Source: Piromyces finnis finn (taxonomy: Eukaryota > Fungi > Neocallimastigomycota). Taken from it: a stretch of 64,000 nt of DNA. Where the stretch lies: NCBI GenBank assembly GCA_002104945.1, contig MCFH01000017.1, positions 310,001-374,000 of the forward strand, written 5' to 3'. Within the stretch, counting starts at the first letter, position 1. Each line of letters begins with the position of its first letter. The translations under genes and the position numbers were made by a program. Positions 9,601 through 23,200 of the stretch are shown here, one piece after another. Under the pieces are notes generated by a model. That model saw only the letters and a list, made by a program, of their open reading frames with translations, was not told the origin of the DNA and did not search any database.

Positions 9601-11183
9601 AGATGCTTAGAAGAGTTAATGAATGGGCCTTGTATAATGAAATGGAATTTGGTATCCAGAAGTGTTCAACGATGGTGATTCGTCCTGAATCAATAGAAAA
9701 TCAGAACAAGAGAGATCCAACATTTTACTTAGCAGGACAACCCATTCCAACTACTGATTGTTATACTTATCTTGGTGTTCCATTTGATAAGAATCTGTCC
9801 CTTAAACCAGTTATTAAAGCTCTTAATAACAAGGTTTTGAAAGGGCTTTTTTCAGTCAGTAAATTCTTAAGAAATCCTAATATTCCTATTCCCTTCAAAA
9901 AGCTAGTACTTAACTCACAAGTGATTAGCAGAGTTTCATACTTTGCACCATTACTTGGATCCAACAAAGCCAGGTCTAGTATTGCACAGAAGCATGTTAA
10001 CAAAGGAATACGATGGGTTGCCGGAGTTCATAAAGCTGTATCGTTTATATCTTTATACTCTATTTCAAAAGATTTGAATATTCCTCCATTGTCAGCCAAA
10101 TGTGCATTAGCTCAGGTTAGATGTTTTAACAAATGGAAAAACTCAAATTGTATTATCTCATACCTTGTCAATTACATTCCTAAATTTAGAAAATACACGT
10201 GGTGCAAATCAAGTAGGACACTTGATAAAAAACTAAAGAAACATGGAGATGTTAAAGCAGTTAAAAACTTTTATTGGAAAGATCTCAAAGGGAATTCAAT
10301 CAAAGCGCAATATTATGATGATAATAAGTTTATTGAAACTAAAGATTTTATTAAATTATGTTATGAGTACCCAGAGTTTGCCTATGGCTTCTACTGGCTA
10401 TTGAAAGCAAGAAGCGGATACAAGTTGGATGCTAGAGTTGCCAAAGCTGCCAAATTTGTTGATCCAGTTTGTCCTAACTACTGTCCATGTTGCAAGTGTG
10501 GAGATCAAAGTATTAAACATTGGTTATTAGATTGTCCAACATTTAGAGATATCCGTATTAAACATTATGATTCCATAGTCCAGCTATTAAATTTTTTCAG
10601 TCAACGTAATTCCAATAGTCCTATCAATAATAATGAAATTGATAATATCAGTAGAGATAGTAATAACATTAATAGTAATAGTAACAATAGTAGTAATAGC
10701 AATAGTAATAATAACAATAGTAATAGTAACAATAGTAATAATAACAATAGTAGTAATAGAAATAATAATATTAGTAATGATAGCAATAGTGAAGATAATA
10801 ATTCTAATTTAGATAGTAATTTAGTTAATGATAGTAATAGTTCTAATAATCCGGTGAATATTAATGTGTATGATTATTCTAGTGTGTGCAGTAAAATATT
10901 TAAATTCCTTCTTGGGGGAAGAAGTTTTAACAATATCAATTACAATTCAAGGGAATGGAAAGAACTTTGTAAGCGTCAGATTCAATCTGGTACTAATGAA
11001 GGAACACCATTCTTGACGGTAACCGCGGAACTTCTAACCAAAATCATGCCTTTTGCTATTGGCCAGCAATGGTCAATGTTCAAAAGGTTTGAAGCAACAT
11101 CCAAGAGCGTCAATGCTGAAGAAACAGTAAGACAGGCCAGGAGGGCCAGCGCAACCAATGGAGATCATAATTTTGTCCCATGA
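6642..11183 (+). CDS. LINE polyprotein: N-terminal RRM-like region, apurinic endonuclease, reverse transcriptase, CCHC zinc knuckle
   Basis: APE motifs SWNTNG, CFQET, GNVYMP, VGDFN, SDIDH, SDHKPL. RT motifs KASGPDGI, KKGD..DCDNYRGISL, QFGFR, FLDLRKAYDSV, GVRQGCPLSPILFNLFI, LFADD, YTYLG. C-terminal CPCCKCGDQSIKHWLLDC. Confidence 0.95.
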   Translation: MSVLYIKDKNYIRRGTRSYGIPLDDIRSFFIRGIRSWSVNMLWEKLEVILEDKFNSVISVKYFQTFNDHFFLVKVHGSSKDCIKILHMLKKKLSVTSISFSARSRRNHKYTFSTLKRKILVSNKHQHSIQQSFQQSVQQSVQQSHQQSDLQQDLQQDLQQVSHHENIPDLQQTQFQSQHSTINSNSSINSDNSSIVDSSSVSQPSSNSSTYSSDASSINNDDFNNNNNSNDSSSSNKPDNFSFCLSWNTNGWNHEKRDSISYFTAIFKPLFLCFQETGNGSGSNTDYPCRVTLRNYRHFFKKADESVPGMRGLYLGFHNSCQASLENFSGKYIISIYTFSLWNRFKCSIGNVYMPHSHHNIYVDHAKLEVRLWLQTHSSHPSILVGDFNMSKVKLSNWLSTNGLGDWEILPLRGSTISWTRGDQSSDIDHALINSKMKDLIHSGSFINNFYPVSDHKPLLINGKIIPMEDFSNDFNVPKKILKWNRLKCIEEKESILSHNKFQILSAKFNDPNVSTDELSKEFTSTAFSIADELSITSANNVIKSSFHISQQIFNLQKIKMKLYKRFKKERIYDIDEFIKRIKIYRKLIDYIHKRCNEFRKQEYLHWIKTGCEYMKSHNPKKAWKWIKKTAKIGKDSFFIAQPIKNKNGELVVATEEQLDVWHDHFEKLASDPSGVSLDLEHWYEEPTNKRFSLPMLDEWDINQDISIDEVKSAILSTPNYKASGPDGIPIEFYKALIPSSNDSNNATDNNSSGNTTSDNDAYGLNFILKLFNRIWDGDFPNSWNESSIVSIPKKGDLTDCDNYRGISLINNGIKLISKIVTTRISEYGLKNNFIRPEQFGFRKKEESISLFISIQEICRRRQLDNKETYLAFLDLRKAYDSVPIGNILHKLDCLGIRGKSLQFIKNLYLTSKANVKLDGQFSKSFDVKKGVRQGCPLSPILFNLFINDIFKECEDLGVSLGDTRCCGGLFADDIVICAPTRGCLKKMLRRVNEWALYNEMEFGIQKCSTMVIRPESIENQNKRDPTFYLAGQPIPTTDCYTYLGVPFDKNLSLKPVIKALNNKVLKGLFSVSKFLRNPNIPIPFKKLVLNSQVISRVSYFAPLLGSNKARSSIAQKHVNKGIRWVAGVHKAVSFISLYSISKDLNIPPLSAKCALAQVRCFNKWKNSNCIISYLVNYIPKFRKYTWCKSSRTLDKKLKKHGDVKAVKNFYWKDLKGNSIKAQYYDDNKFIETKDFIKLCYEYPEFAYGFYWLLKARSGYKLDARVAKAAKFVDPVCPNYCPCCKCGDQSIKHWLLDCPTFRDIRIKHYDSIVQLLNFFSQRNSNSPINNNEIDNISRDSNNINSNSNNSSNSNSNNNNSNSNNSNNNNSSNRNNNISNDSNSEDNNSNLDSNLVNDSNSSNNPVNINVYDYSSVCSKIFKFLLGGRSFNNINYNSREWKELCKRQIQSGTNEGTPFLTVTAELLTKIMPFAIGQQWSMFKRFEATSKSVNAEETVRQARRASATNGDHNFVP

Positions 11184-11418
11184 TAAAATTTTGATCTTTG
11201 GCTCGGTGTCCCATTGGAAGTCAAATACAATTATTATACTTTAGTATGATAGTGGCTTTCTTACTTTAATTAAAATTACTAGAATACATTATACCCAATT
11301 TTTATTCATTTGTGTTTATTTAAACATATTTTTTTTATTTTTATTTTATTTTAATTTTTATATTTCATGTATTATAATTTTAATTAAATTAATAATAAAG
11401 TTTAAAATATTTGATGCC

Positions 11419-11451
<33 letters not shown>

Positions 11452-11456
<5 letters not shown>

Positions 11457-11464
11457 TTCATATA
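11452..11464 (+). repeat. Right target-site duplication (aatggttcatata)
   Basis: Matches 5739-5751; the first two A overlap the poly(A). Confidence 0.9.
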
Positions 11465-11650
11465 TTCAAAAAGGTTTAAAAAAATAATAATCAATCTGAA
11501 GAAACCGTTAGACAAGACAGTAGAGTTAGTCCAGCCAATGATGACCCTAATTTAATTCTATGACATAGTTTGATCTTTAATATTAATTATTATACTTTAG
11601 GTAGAGTCGTGGTCTTATTCACTTTAATGGCCGGGGAATACACTATCCCT
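11454..11650 (+). pseudogene. Degenerate 3' end of an older related LINE (the insertion target)
   Basis: Translates (with frameshift) to ...NQSEETVRQDSRVSPANDDPNLIL*, versus NAEETVRQARRASATNGDHNFVP* in the intact ORF. It is followed by the shared UTR motifs ttgatcttt and attattatactttag. Confidence 0.75.
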
Positions 11651-11699
11651 TATTTATTATTTTTTTTTTTTTATTAAATTTAATTTTATTATTTAATTT

Positions 11700-12480
11700 T
11701 TCAAACCTAGACAAGAACATTTTCAAAAAATTAAATTTGAAATATCGATTTTCCTAGCTCATGGAATGAATCAAGTATTATTTCTATTCCTAAGAAGAAT
11801 GAGACTTTGACCAGTCTTTTGATATTAAAATAAAGGTGTATATTAAGGATGTTCACTTTTTCTAATTCTTTTTTTTTTTTTTTTTATTATTATTAATGAT
11901 ATCTTTAAAAGAGTAGGAAGATTTCGGGGTTCGTTTAGGAAAGTGCATGTTACTGTGATGGACTCTTTACAAACCATATAGTTTAATTATATTAAAAATA
12001 TTTATAATGAATCATTATAATATTTTAAGTTTGAATAATAATTTTAATTTAAATAGTTAATGTAATTAATGATAATAAAGTGAATATTAGTGTTTGTCAT
12101 TATTTTAGTTTTTTACAAAAAAAATATTACTTGTAAGAACAATTCAAAAAGAGAATGGAAAAAAACTTTAAAAGTGACAAATTAAACTGGACACCTAGGA
12201 AGGATCACCATTTTTTAATCTAAAAACTTGCTACATGCTTATGAATCAATAATAGTCAATTAATGGTTTAAAAGTTTAAAGTAATAAGATCATCAATATT
12301 AAAGAAATAGTATAACAAGCCAGTGTACCACTGAAGATTATTGTTTTTGTCACCTAACAAAATTTGATATATGACTTTTAGTCTTATTCAAAATCAAAAC
12401 ACAATGATTATACTTTAGTAAAAATGATTAGAATATATATACTTTTTTTTTTATTTATTTATGTTATGTTTATTTAAATT
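11700..12480 (+). pseudogene. Fragmented relic of the same LINE family (RT pieces and 3' end)
   Basis: ~11750-11810 matches 8980-9040 (FPNSWNESSIVSIPKK). ~11815-11985 matches 9410-9570 (KGVRQGCPLSP...LFADDIV region, decayed). ~12135-12450 matches 10945-11290 (REWKEL..., 3' UTR attatactttagt). Confidence 0.75.
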
Positions 12481-13649
12481 TATTCTTTGAATACATGTAT
12501 TAAAAGTTTTTTAGTTAATAGGATAATAATAGTTTCAAAATATTTACTATTACTATAAAACGTATACAGTAGAGCTTTTTTTTTCTTTAAAAAAGAAGTA
12601 TTTTATATCCTATTCACTATAAATGAATTACAAATATTCAATAGGTGACTTGACAATATAAATTAATGATTACATACATAATATATAGAATTATATTTAT
12701 TATTTAGGTAATTGTGTTAGTATTATTTAAAAATTCAAAAAATTTTTTTTTTAAAAAAAAAAAAAATTAAATGATAGTATAATGAATAATATAAAACAAT
12801 TTTAACATTTTTGAAGTTTTAATAAATCTTTATCTTTTTTATTATTAAATAAAAATATTGAATATTACTTGTAATGGATTAGAAAAAAAAAATGATTAAT
12901 TTTAAAATGATATTTTTATTTGTACCTTCAAATTATGTTTTCTTTAAAGACAAATAAAAAAAATAAAGATTAAAATGATGATCTTTTAGTATTTCCATAT
13001 TTACTATATGATTTTTATACGAAAAAAGAATATATATATTAAATAAAATTTAACAATGGAAATATTCTTTAGGAAGAATAGTATAAATTTAAAAGATTTA
13101 TATTTATTATATTATATTCATTTCTTTTCTATCTTTTTTTCATTTTTTGTCTGTTATAGAAAAACAAGACTTTTTCTGAATAATTTGAAAAACCTTTTAA
13201 TATCCTTTTTAATAATATTTAAAGTCATGAAAAAGAAAAGTTTATGAGGTAATATTATAAATTATTCTTTAGCTTTAGGTGTATATAAATATAATAAAAA
13301 GATAGTATTAAAATCCTAATTTAAAATTTTTTTTAATAAAATTAATATATACAAGCATTAACTTAGTATAAAAATATTGTTATCTAAAATACTTTGTTGT
13401 GTATTTACTTTCTTGTCACTATAAATAATTAATAGATTAACAACAACAACAACAACAACAGCAACAAGAAAAAAAAAAAGTATTTTCCATATTATTTTTA
13501 TTTAAAGAAATAAATTAATTTTTTTTAATTAAAAAAAAAAAATCCTTTTATAAATTAAATTTTAGATAAAAAGGAAGGATTTTAGCTAATTTATAATTAC
13601 TATTTCAGTAAATCGTGTATTTTAATTCATATAAATAATAATAATAAAT

Positions 13650-14072
<423 letters not shown>

Positions 14073-14392
14073 AAAAATAAAAATTATATATAACTTTATT
14101 AAAGGAAAAGAAAAAAAAAAAACAATGTATAGTGGTGTGATATGCTATTAATAATTCTTTAATTATCATCCATATTTCGTTTATTATTAAAAAAAATAAA
14201 TAAAATAATTGAATAGATAGATGATGTATATATTAAAAAAAATATATATATATATAGATAAATTATAGTTTAATTTAAATAAATATGTAAATGCAATAGT
14301 ATTATATGTATTTATCATATGTAATTGTAAAAATATAAAAATCGATAAAAAAAGTTTATTTTATTCTAATTATTATTCTAATTATTATTCTA

Positions 14393-14423
<31 letters not shown>

Positions 14424-16876
14424 TAGTTATTATTATTCTAGTTATTATTATTCTAGTTATTATTATTATCATCATTGTTGTTGTTGCTGTTAAATACTCT
14501 TTTTTTTCAATTAGTTTTTTAAAATAGTTATTGTGGATTAACAAAGTACTTTTCATTTTAATATTTTAATTTTATTTACTATTAAAAGAGTAATACTTTT
14601 TATAGAGAAATAGAAATAAAAATATAATAAAAAACTTTTTATTATTTAAAAAATAAAAAATAATAAAAAATAAAAAGAACAACCTCTTTTTTTTTTTTTT
14701 TTTTTTCCTTATTTTTATAATAAAAAATAAAAATTTTAATTTTTTTTTAATTTTTAAAATTTTTGAATTTTATTAATTATTCTATAAAGTTTTTTTTTTT
14801 AAAAAAAAATAATTTTAAAATTTTAATTATTAAATATTAAATTCTGTAAAAAAAAAAAAAAAAAAAAACTTTTTTTTTAAACATATTCACATTTATAACT
14901 TTTTTTTTTTAATAATAATTCTTTCTTTTCAAGTAAAAAAAAAGTGGTTGCTTTTTTAATTATTAATATTATTATAGAATAAAGTAAAAATTAAATATTA
15001 ACATCATAGGAATAATTAGACTCTTAAAATTATATAACTTATTCTTATGAAAGTAATATGCTAATTTTTTAAAAAAGAAAAAACTATATTATATTTTTAA
15101 TTAGGTAATATGAAAAAAAAAATATTATATAAAAATATATAATAAATAAATAATACATGTTAATAAAAGTGTTTATTATAAATTAAAAGATAATAATTTC
15201 AATATTGAAAAAGAAAAGTATTTTTTTTTTTTTAAAATATGAACGGTTTATTAGAAATAGTGTTAAAGAAAAATAAATAAATAAAAAAAAAGAATTCTAA
15301 TTACGACTTTTATTTTTATTACGATATATTTCAAAAAAAAAAAAACGTTAATAATATATCTTTTGTTTTAAAATTTAAAAGCAATAGTTTTTATATATGA
15401 AATTAACACTTAATTCTATTCCACGATAGTAAGATAATAATAATAATAATAATTAAATATTCAATATTTTTTTTTTCTTTTCCATTTTAAATAATTCTAA
15501 TAATAATAAAATTAAATTGCTTATTTTCAAACGGAGTTTATACGAATTAAACAAAAAATAATATAATGAATTATAAATATTAATTATAGAAATATAAGTG
15601 ATATTTTTTTATATCATGTTTTTCATAATACTTGAACTTTTTTATTATTTTTTATTTTTTTTAAAACACTTTAAAAAAAAATTTCGTTGTAATAATAATA
15701 GTTTATATTTCCGTTTTTAACCTCTTTTTTATTTTATTTTTATTATTACTTCCTATAGAAAACCATCAATTAATATAAAAGAAAGAGAGAATATATTTTT
15801 TTAAAAAATTAAAAAAAGGTAATATTAAGTTATTCAAAATGATATTAAATAGTATATAATTCAAATAAAATGCTATTTTTGTTTTATGAATAATATTGAA
15901 GAAGCAATTTTTTTTATAGTATTGAAAGAAAGAAGAGAGAGCAACAATAACAAAAAAAAACATTTTTTTTATCTTCCATCTTTTATACTATGATATAATG
16001 ATAAAAAGAAAATAATACTAATATTATGTATTTTAAAAAACACGCTATTTTCAATTTTAAAAAAAATTAAATATCTTTAGTAAAATTTGAATAATAACAA
16101 GTGTAATAATTAACACTTTTCATTTTTTTTTTCTTCTACAAATATTTTAAATATAAAAAAGTATTAATTATTATTATCTAAATAGTTAAAAGTTAAAAGA
16201 ATCTTTATTCATAAATAGACCAAAGGAAAAAAATATAAAATTATAAAAAAAAATGTATATATAATATTTAAAAAAAGAAAATATATCATAGAAAAAAAGC
16301 ATAAATAAAAGTAATTTATAAACATAAATATTATAACATATATAATTATTTCTAAATATAAAATAATAACATTATAAAAGTAAAGTATACTTTATATTAA
16401 ACTATAAAATGAAAAGAAAAAAAAAAGGTTTTTTAAATATTTATAAGAATAAGTAAAAAAAAAAAAAATTAAAGCATGAATGAATATTTTAAATTAGAAT
16501 ATATATTAAAAATAATATGTATAAATATATATTTTTTTAAAAAAAGAAAATAATAATCTTTCTTTCATATCTTTTTTTTTTTTTTTACATTATTATTTAA
16601 TGTTATTTGTAATTAATGATATTTTTTTATCATTTGTTGGATGATACATTTTTTTTATATTAAAATAAAATTTTTACTAATTATATTTATTAAATTTATA
16701 AATTATATTATAATATTTAACTATATAACAAAAAAAAAAAAAGACGATAATAATAATTAAATTACAACACTTTATTATTATATTATAGAAAGAAAATAAT
16801 ACTAAAATAAATTAAAAAAAAAAGCAACATTATATAAATATTTAAACAGAACGGAAAGTGATTTTTTCTTATAAAA

Positions 16877-17602
16877 ATGATGAAAGTTAAACAAAATAGT
16901 CAAGATATACAAGAAGTATTAAAGTCAAAATTCGATCATACTAATTGTTATGATGATGATATTTGTTCAGAAGATATAAGTAAAGTTAAACTGGAACCAT
17001 ATACTTTTACATGGTGTCCAGAAAATTGGGGATTTGTTTATAATGTATATGTTACAGGAACATTTAATGATTGGAAATTAAAGGATAAAATGACATATAA
17101 CTATGAAACTAAATGTTTTGAATGTACTGTAATGATTAATCCAAGAGTTATCACAAAATTTAAATATGTTGTTGATGGTCGTTGGATTACCGATTCATGC
17201 TATCCAGTCATTGATGATGGTTCAAATAATTGTAATAATGTTCTTTACGCTCAACTTTTCCCAAGTACTCATGCAAATCCTACTGTAATTATGGTTGATG
17301 TTCTTCAACAATTTGGATTAGATGATATTGTTCAAATTGGCTATGGTAGACCACATACTTGGTCATTATTAAATAAAGCAGAAGCTATTTATAAAGGCCG
17401 TTGGCCATGTCTTTTTATTATTATTAAAGAATCTGGTACAATTTTACCTGAATGTATTGAAAATTTCATTCTTTCTCGTTCCAGCTATCCAAAAGAAAAT
17501 TTATTAATTATGAAAACAGATGAATATCCACCATTAATAAATTCAAAAGGTTTCCTTGCTGATTTATTTGAAGAATATTGTTTACCACATGATAAAAATT
17601 AA
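16877..17602 (+). CDS. Protein with CBM48/AMPK-beta-type glycogen-binding domain and unassigned C-terminal domain
   Basis: 241-aa intronless ORF. YTFTW...VYVTGTFNDWK...M...F.CTV.I......FKYVVDGRW is the AMPK1_CBM/CBM48 pattern. The C-terminal half lacks the AMPK-beta ASC motif. Confidence 0.75.
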   Translation: MMKVKQNSQDIQEVLKSKFDHTNCYDDDICSEDISKVKLEPYTFTWCPENWGFVYNVYVTGTFNDWKLKDKMTYNYETKCFECTVMINPRVITKFKYVVDGRWITDSCYPVIDDGSNNCNNVLYAQLFPSTHANPTVIMVDVLQQFGLDDIVQIGYGRPHTWSLLNKAEAIYKGRWPCLFIIIKESGTILPECIENFILSRSSYPKENLLIMKTDEYPPLINSKGFLADLFEEYCLPHDKN

Positions 17603-20283
17603 AAAAAAAAAAAAAAAAGAATGAAAAAAAAAAAATTTTTTTTCACCATTTTTAATAAATTACTAGAGTAACCATTAGTAATAATATAGTTTACGAATTA
17701 TTTTTTTTTAAAAAAAAAAGAAAGAGAAAAAAGTCAATAAAAAATAAATAAAAAAAAAGAAAGGAAAATCAAAACAAATGAATTACAAAAAAAAAATACA
17801 ATATAATGAAAAAGTGAAGAGGAAATATTTTATATAAATAAATGAAAAAAAAATCTCTTCAGAATAAGAATATTGTTTATATGGATTCATTTAAAAATAA
17901 TAATTATTATTATAGTAATAATAATAATAATAATAATAATGGTAATAATACTCCATAGTAACCAAGAATATAAAAGTACAAATTTAAAAAACTAAAGTAT
18001 TATGAAACAATTTATAATCGGTTTTTTCAAATGAAACAACAAAAACAATAATAATAATAATAAAAAAAAGCATATTATCAATCAGTTTACATCCCATATC
18101 ATCATATATATAAAATATATTTAAAGTAACAACAACAATAACTATGACAATAATAACTGAAATAACAGCAACAGCAACAATAATAACAACATTCTCCAAT
18201 TAATATATAGAATTCAAAAAGTATTATAATCATTCACTTTTTTTTTTTTTTTAATATCATTTCTATATCATTTTAAAAATTTAGTAATATTTTTTATTTT
18301 TTTTTAAAAAAAAAAAAAAGTTGAAAAGATAAAAAATAAAAAATAAAAAATTAAAAATATATAAAAAAAGAAAATAGTGATAAATAATTGCATATATAAA
18401 TAAAAGAAAGATGAAAAAAATATAGTAATTATGAATATATGTAATATATATAGTAAAATCAATATTTTTTTTTTTTTTTAAAAAATATATATATATAAAT
18501 AGAATGATTATATTCATTATATCTATATCTACTATGGATATTGATGAAATAATATAACTTTTTATTATTTTATTTTGTAATTAATTCTTTTATCACTTTT
18601 CTTTTATATCTATATATACATGTATTCTATTCATTTTTATTTTTTTTTAACTCTTTTTTTTTTTTTCATATGGATACATTTTATAAGGAATAATGCATTT
18701 ATTTATTCATAATTATTTTCTTTTTTCTTTAAAAATCTGGATATATAATAAAATATAAAAAGGTTCATCTTTCTTTAAATGTAATATTTAAAAAAATAAA
18801 TAAATGTTTTTCAAATTAAAAATCATTCTATCTTAAAACCAATATTTAATAAATCCGTTTTCATTTTGGTAGTTGATGAAAATGGACTTTATAAATTTAA
18901 AAAAGGATACTAATAGAAAAAAAAAATAAAACAAAAAATATATTTAAACTCTCCGGCCTTGCTAGGTTGCTAGCTTGTAAAAAAAGACACGATGATTATT
19001 TTTAATGTCTTTAAATATTAGAGTTTATGTTTTATTTTCTTTTCAATTTTTAAAGTTTTTAAAAATTTTTAAATTTTATTATATTTATTATTATCAAAAA
19101 ATTATAACAAAAAGAGTAAAATAATATAAAAAAAAAAAAAAAAACAAAGTAATATAAAAAAATAAAAACAATTAACAATTAGATTTCTTTTTAAAAAAGG
19201 AATAATAACAATAAAAAAAATTAAAAGGTTAATGATCATTAATTATCTTTATTAATATCATCAATATTTATATAACTGGAAAAGAAAAGTTTTTTTTTTT
19301 CTTAAAAGAAAAATATTAAGAGTTAAATATATTTATTTTCATATCGTTTTATAATCAAACCCATAAAAAAGGAATAGCATTATATTTTATTATTATTATT
19401 ATTATAATTATTATAATAATTATTACAGTATTTTTTTCATATTAATTTTATGAATATAATCTTAATTTTTAGTATTCTTTTTTTTTAAACTTTAGAATTG
19501 TATCAATTCTATTATGATGATAATAATTATTAGATAAATTTATATATAACAAAATACATTTTTTTTTTCTTAACTAAATAACTTTTTAAATTTGAAATAA
19601 CTTTAATAAACAACATTAATTAATATTATTCCTTCTCTTTTTCTTTTACTCTTTTTTTTTTTTTTATAATCTATGACTAACAATAAACTAGTTTTATATA
19701 TGAATAAGATTTTTCTTGATATTTGGGAATATTGAAATAAAATAAAATAAAAAATATAAAATATAAAATAAAATTATTAATAGTTTAACATTTCATTTTA
19801 TTATAAACTAGAAAATATTAATAATTATAACAAAAGCAAATTATAAAAAAAAAAAAAAATGAATATACCTGGTTCAGAAGTAAATTCACCTATAAATATT
19901 TAAATATATAAATTTTCATATATATATATAAAATAAAAATTTGACTAACTGTATAATGTATAAATTCTAATAATGTTATTATTATTTCTTTTATCATAAA
20001 TATATATCATTACAATTAAATATGAACAATAAATTTAATAAAACATTTCCATTTTTTTTTTTTTTTTGTCTTTAAAATAATAAATATAATATTGGAATAA
20101 TAACAAATTATATCGAAACTTAATCAATGTCCTTGTCTTATATTTCATTATTATAATTAAAAATATATAATAATAATAATAATAATAATAATTATAATAA
20201 ACAAATATTTTAAACATATTACACCTACTTTACATGTTATACCTATATATCCTATTTTTTTTTTTTTTTCTTTTTGTTATTGA

Positions 20284-23200
20284 ATGATACAGAATAAATT
20301 TTTATCACCAACACAACATTTTTTAACGAATAAAACACTTAATAAAGTGATGAAAAAAGCAAACTATAATGATATGAATAATCCATATGCTCAATTTGGT
20401 ACAGGAAATAGTAGACCTACGAGTCGTATGAAAATTGTAACAGGAAATGGAGAAGAAGGAAAAGGGGATGATAATAAAGAGAATTTTTCGCCTTATCCAT
20501 TAAATGTGGAAGGAATGAATATTATTAATTCTTCATCTTCTACTGGTATAAAAAATGTAAATAATACTATTCTAAATAATTATCATCAAAATAATAGTAT
20601 ACCACCATCATCTTCTCAAGCAAAATATAGAATTAATGGAGAGGAATTAGAAGAAATTGAGGATCAAACCATGGGATTATCATTATCTCCAACATCACCA
20701 CCATCTATGTATAATAGTCCTTTATATTTTAAAAGTAATCCTATTATGAATCCATCTACTATCATGATGAATCCAAATACAAATTATAATAACCCCTATC
20801 AAAGAAGAAATATAAAACTACGAAACTATAATAAAGTTGTAAAATTAAAAAATTCAAACCATACCATATTAAATAACACGAATAATAACATGAATAATAA
20901 TACCATATCCAATAATAATAGCATGAATAATAATAATAATTCTAGTGGTAGTAATAATAGAAACAATAATTCTAACGATACCAATACTACTCATAATACA
21001 AATTTTAATTTTAATAATAATTCCAGTAATTCATCTACTCTTCTTTCAAAAAATAGTCATGGTGAAGCTATAAATTCCCAAAGTGTAAATGATTCTCATT
21101 TGGATAAAAAAGGAAATCCAAATATTTATTTAAATTCTAAAATACCAACTTTACCAAATTCAAACGTATCACGATATTCTAATGCTTCCTTAAATACTAT
21201 TGAAAATCAGGAAAATGAAAAAGAAACAACAACAACAGCAACAACCAAATTAGTAGGTTTTCAATCCAATTCCAATAATGATCAAAACACAATATTTTCT
21301 ACTAATGAATCGTCTCAACAACCACAACCACAACAAAATATTATTGGAAATAGTGGCAGAATCATTCAACATGATCCAATTCAATACACACCTTTTAATT
21401 CAACTCTACCTACAACTATTACCACAAATCTAAATCAGAATTCTACCCTTCCACGACCAAAAAGTCATTTACCATTAAGTCATCAATCTAATGCTAATCC
21501 TCAAAAATCATTATTAGCTACTTGTCAAAATAAAAATTTAAATGAATCATCAATCTATGGTTCAGGAGAAGAAATAATAAATAATACTAATGTAACATCT
21601 ATTATAAAGCAGCAACAGCAGCAGCAGCAACAACAACAACAACAGGATAATCTTGTACCATTTGTTTCACCTAATAATAATCTCACTAATTCTAATCATT
21701 TTGTTTCCTTATCCTATGAAACAAATACACCTTCTGCCACTCCAATCTCACGAAATTATACCAAAAATTCGGAATTCCAATCACCATTACAAAATCCAAA
21801 ACTTGCAATAATTTCCTCCACTACCACCACAACAACACCAAATCCAAATTTATATCCTAATCATTCAATTCACCAACAAATATTATCTTCTACTACATCC
21901 CCTTTGGTATCATCAGAATTACAACAGCAACAGTTACAACAACTTCAACAATTTCAATTACAGCAACTTCAATTTCAACAACAACAGCAACAACACTTAC
22001 TACAAAATCAATTCCAACAACAACTATTGTCCATTCCTCTGGTTCAATCCCCTCCATCTGTTCAAATAGGATTACAACCTCAACCACCTACGAATATTCA
22101 ACCTTCTCTTCGTCAACTTCAAATGAATACCACTCGAATAATGAAACAACAACAACCGCAGCAACAACAAAATATTACTACTACTGTTGCCAATGCTACT
22201 GGTACTACTATTATTAATCATAATAATGGTAATCCTTTGAATACCATTTCCTTAAGTTATCAACCTTTATTAGTTCCACAAACTTCTTCACCTTCACCAT
22301 CACCATTAATAAATAATAAAAATAATAATAAGGAAAGTGCTATAGAGAAAAAATCAATATCTCCCATTAAGAAAAATCCAATATCCGAGTCATTCACATC
22401 ATTAGATACAACCACTTCTATTGAAAAATCGTCTGGAGAAGTGAAATTAAATTTATTATTTTTAAAGGATGTTGTGAAGGAGTTAAAGCAACAGTATCAT
22501 CTTATTGATGAGGAAGAAGAAAATGATGATGCTGATGCTGATGATTCTAGTGATGATAAAGAAAAAGGAAATGAAGAGGATAGTGATGATGAAAAGGATA
22601 CTTCTCCATCTAAACATTCAAAAAAAAAATTATCCAAGAAAAAAAAGAATTCCAATCGATCAAGACCATACTCGGCTTCTTCTACATTTTCTACTACATC
22701 ATCTTCTAATAAAATTAAAAATGGAAAGGATATAGAAGCGTCACTTTCTCAGAAAAGAAATCATGAAGAAATGACATTAATTCGGGAATTTAAGCCTCAA
22801 TGGGTTCCTACTGTTCATTTTCAAGAAAATCCATATTATTATCAATTTAAGAAAAAATTTATGACTAATTTTTCTGATCTTTCGATTACCTCAATTACCG
22901 ATTTATATTCATCGTAAGTTTGAAGAATAAAAAATAAATTATTTTTATTTTTTCTTTTTTTTTTTTTTCATTATAATATATATATATTGATAACATTTCA
23001 TTAATAACTAACTAATTATATATAAAACAAAAATTAACAATACATTTTTCATTTTTATTTTTTATTTTATTTTATTTTTTTTTTATACTTTGATTCGAAT
23101 ATATACATACATTTAAAATATGAAATACATTTTCAAATAAAATATATATATAAAAAATAGAAAAAGTGAAATAAATTCAAGTCAATTATTAGCAGCTACC

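Larger units (their letters stand above)
5752..11453 (+). mobile_element. Full-length non-LTR retrotransposon (LINE, APE-type), single ORF
   Basis: Bounded by the 13-bp TSD (5739-5751 / 11452-11464). Poly(A) run at 11422-11453, ~890-bp 5' UTR, intact 1513-aa ORF with APE, RT and CCHC motifs, ~240-bp 3' UTR. Confidence 0.93.

Noticed and set aside
18950-18985. GC-rich patch ctccggccttgctaggttgctagc as an RFX X-box for the JHY-like gene
   Set aside because: Only a half-site resemblance (GTTGC), 1.3 kb upstream of the ATG; not supportable from sequence alone.
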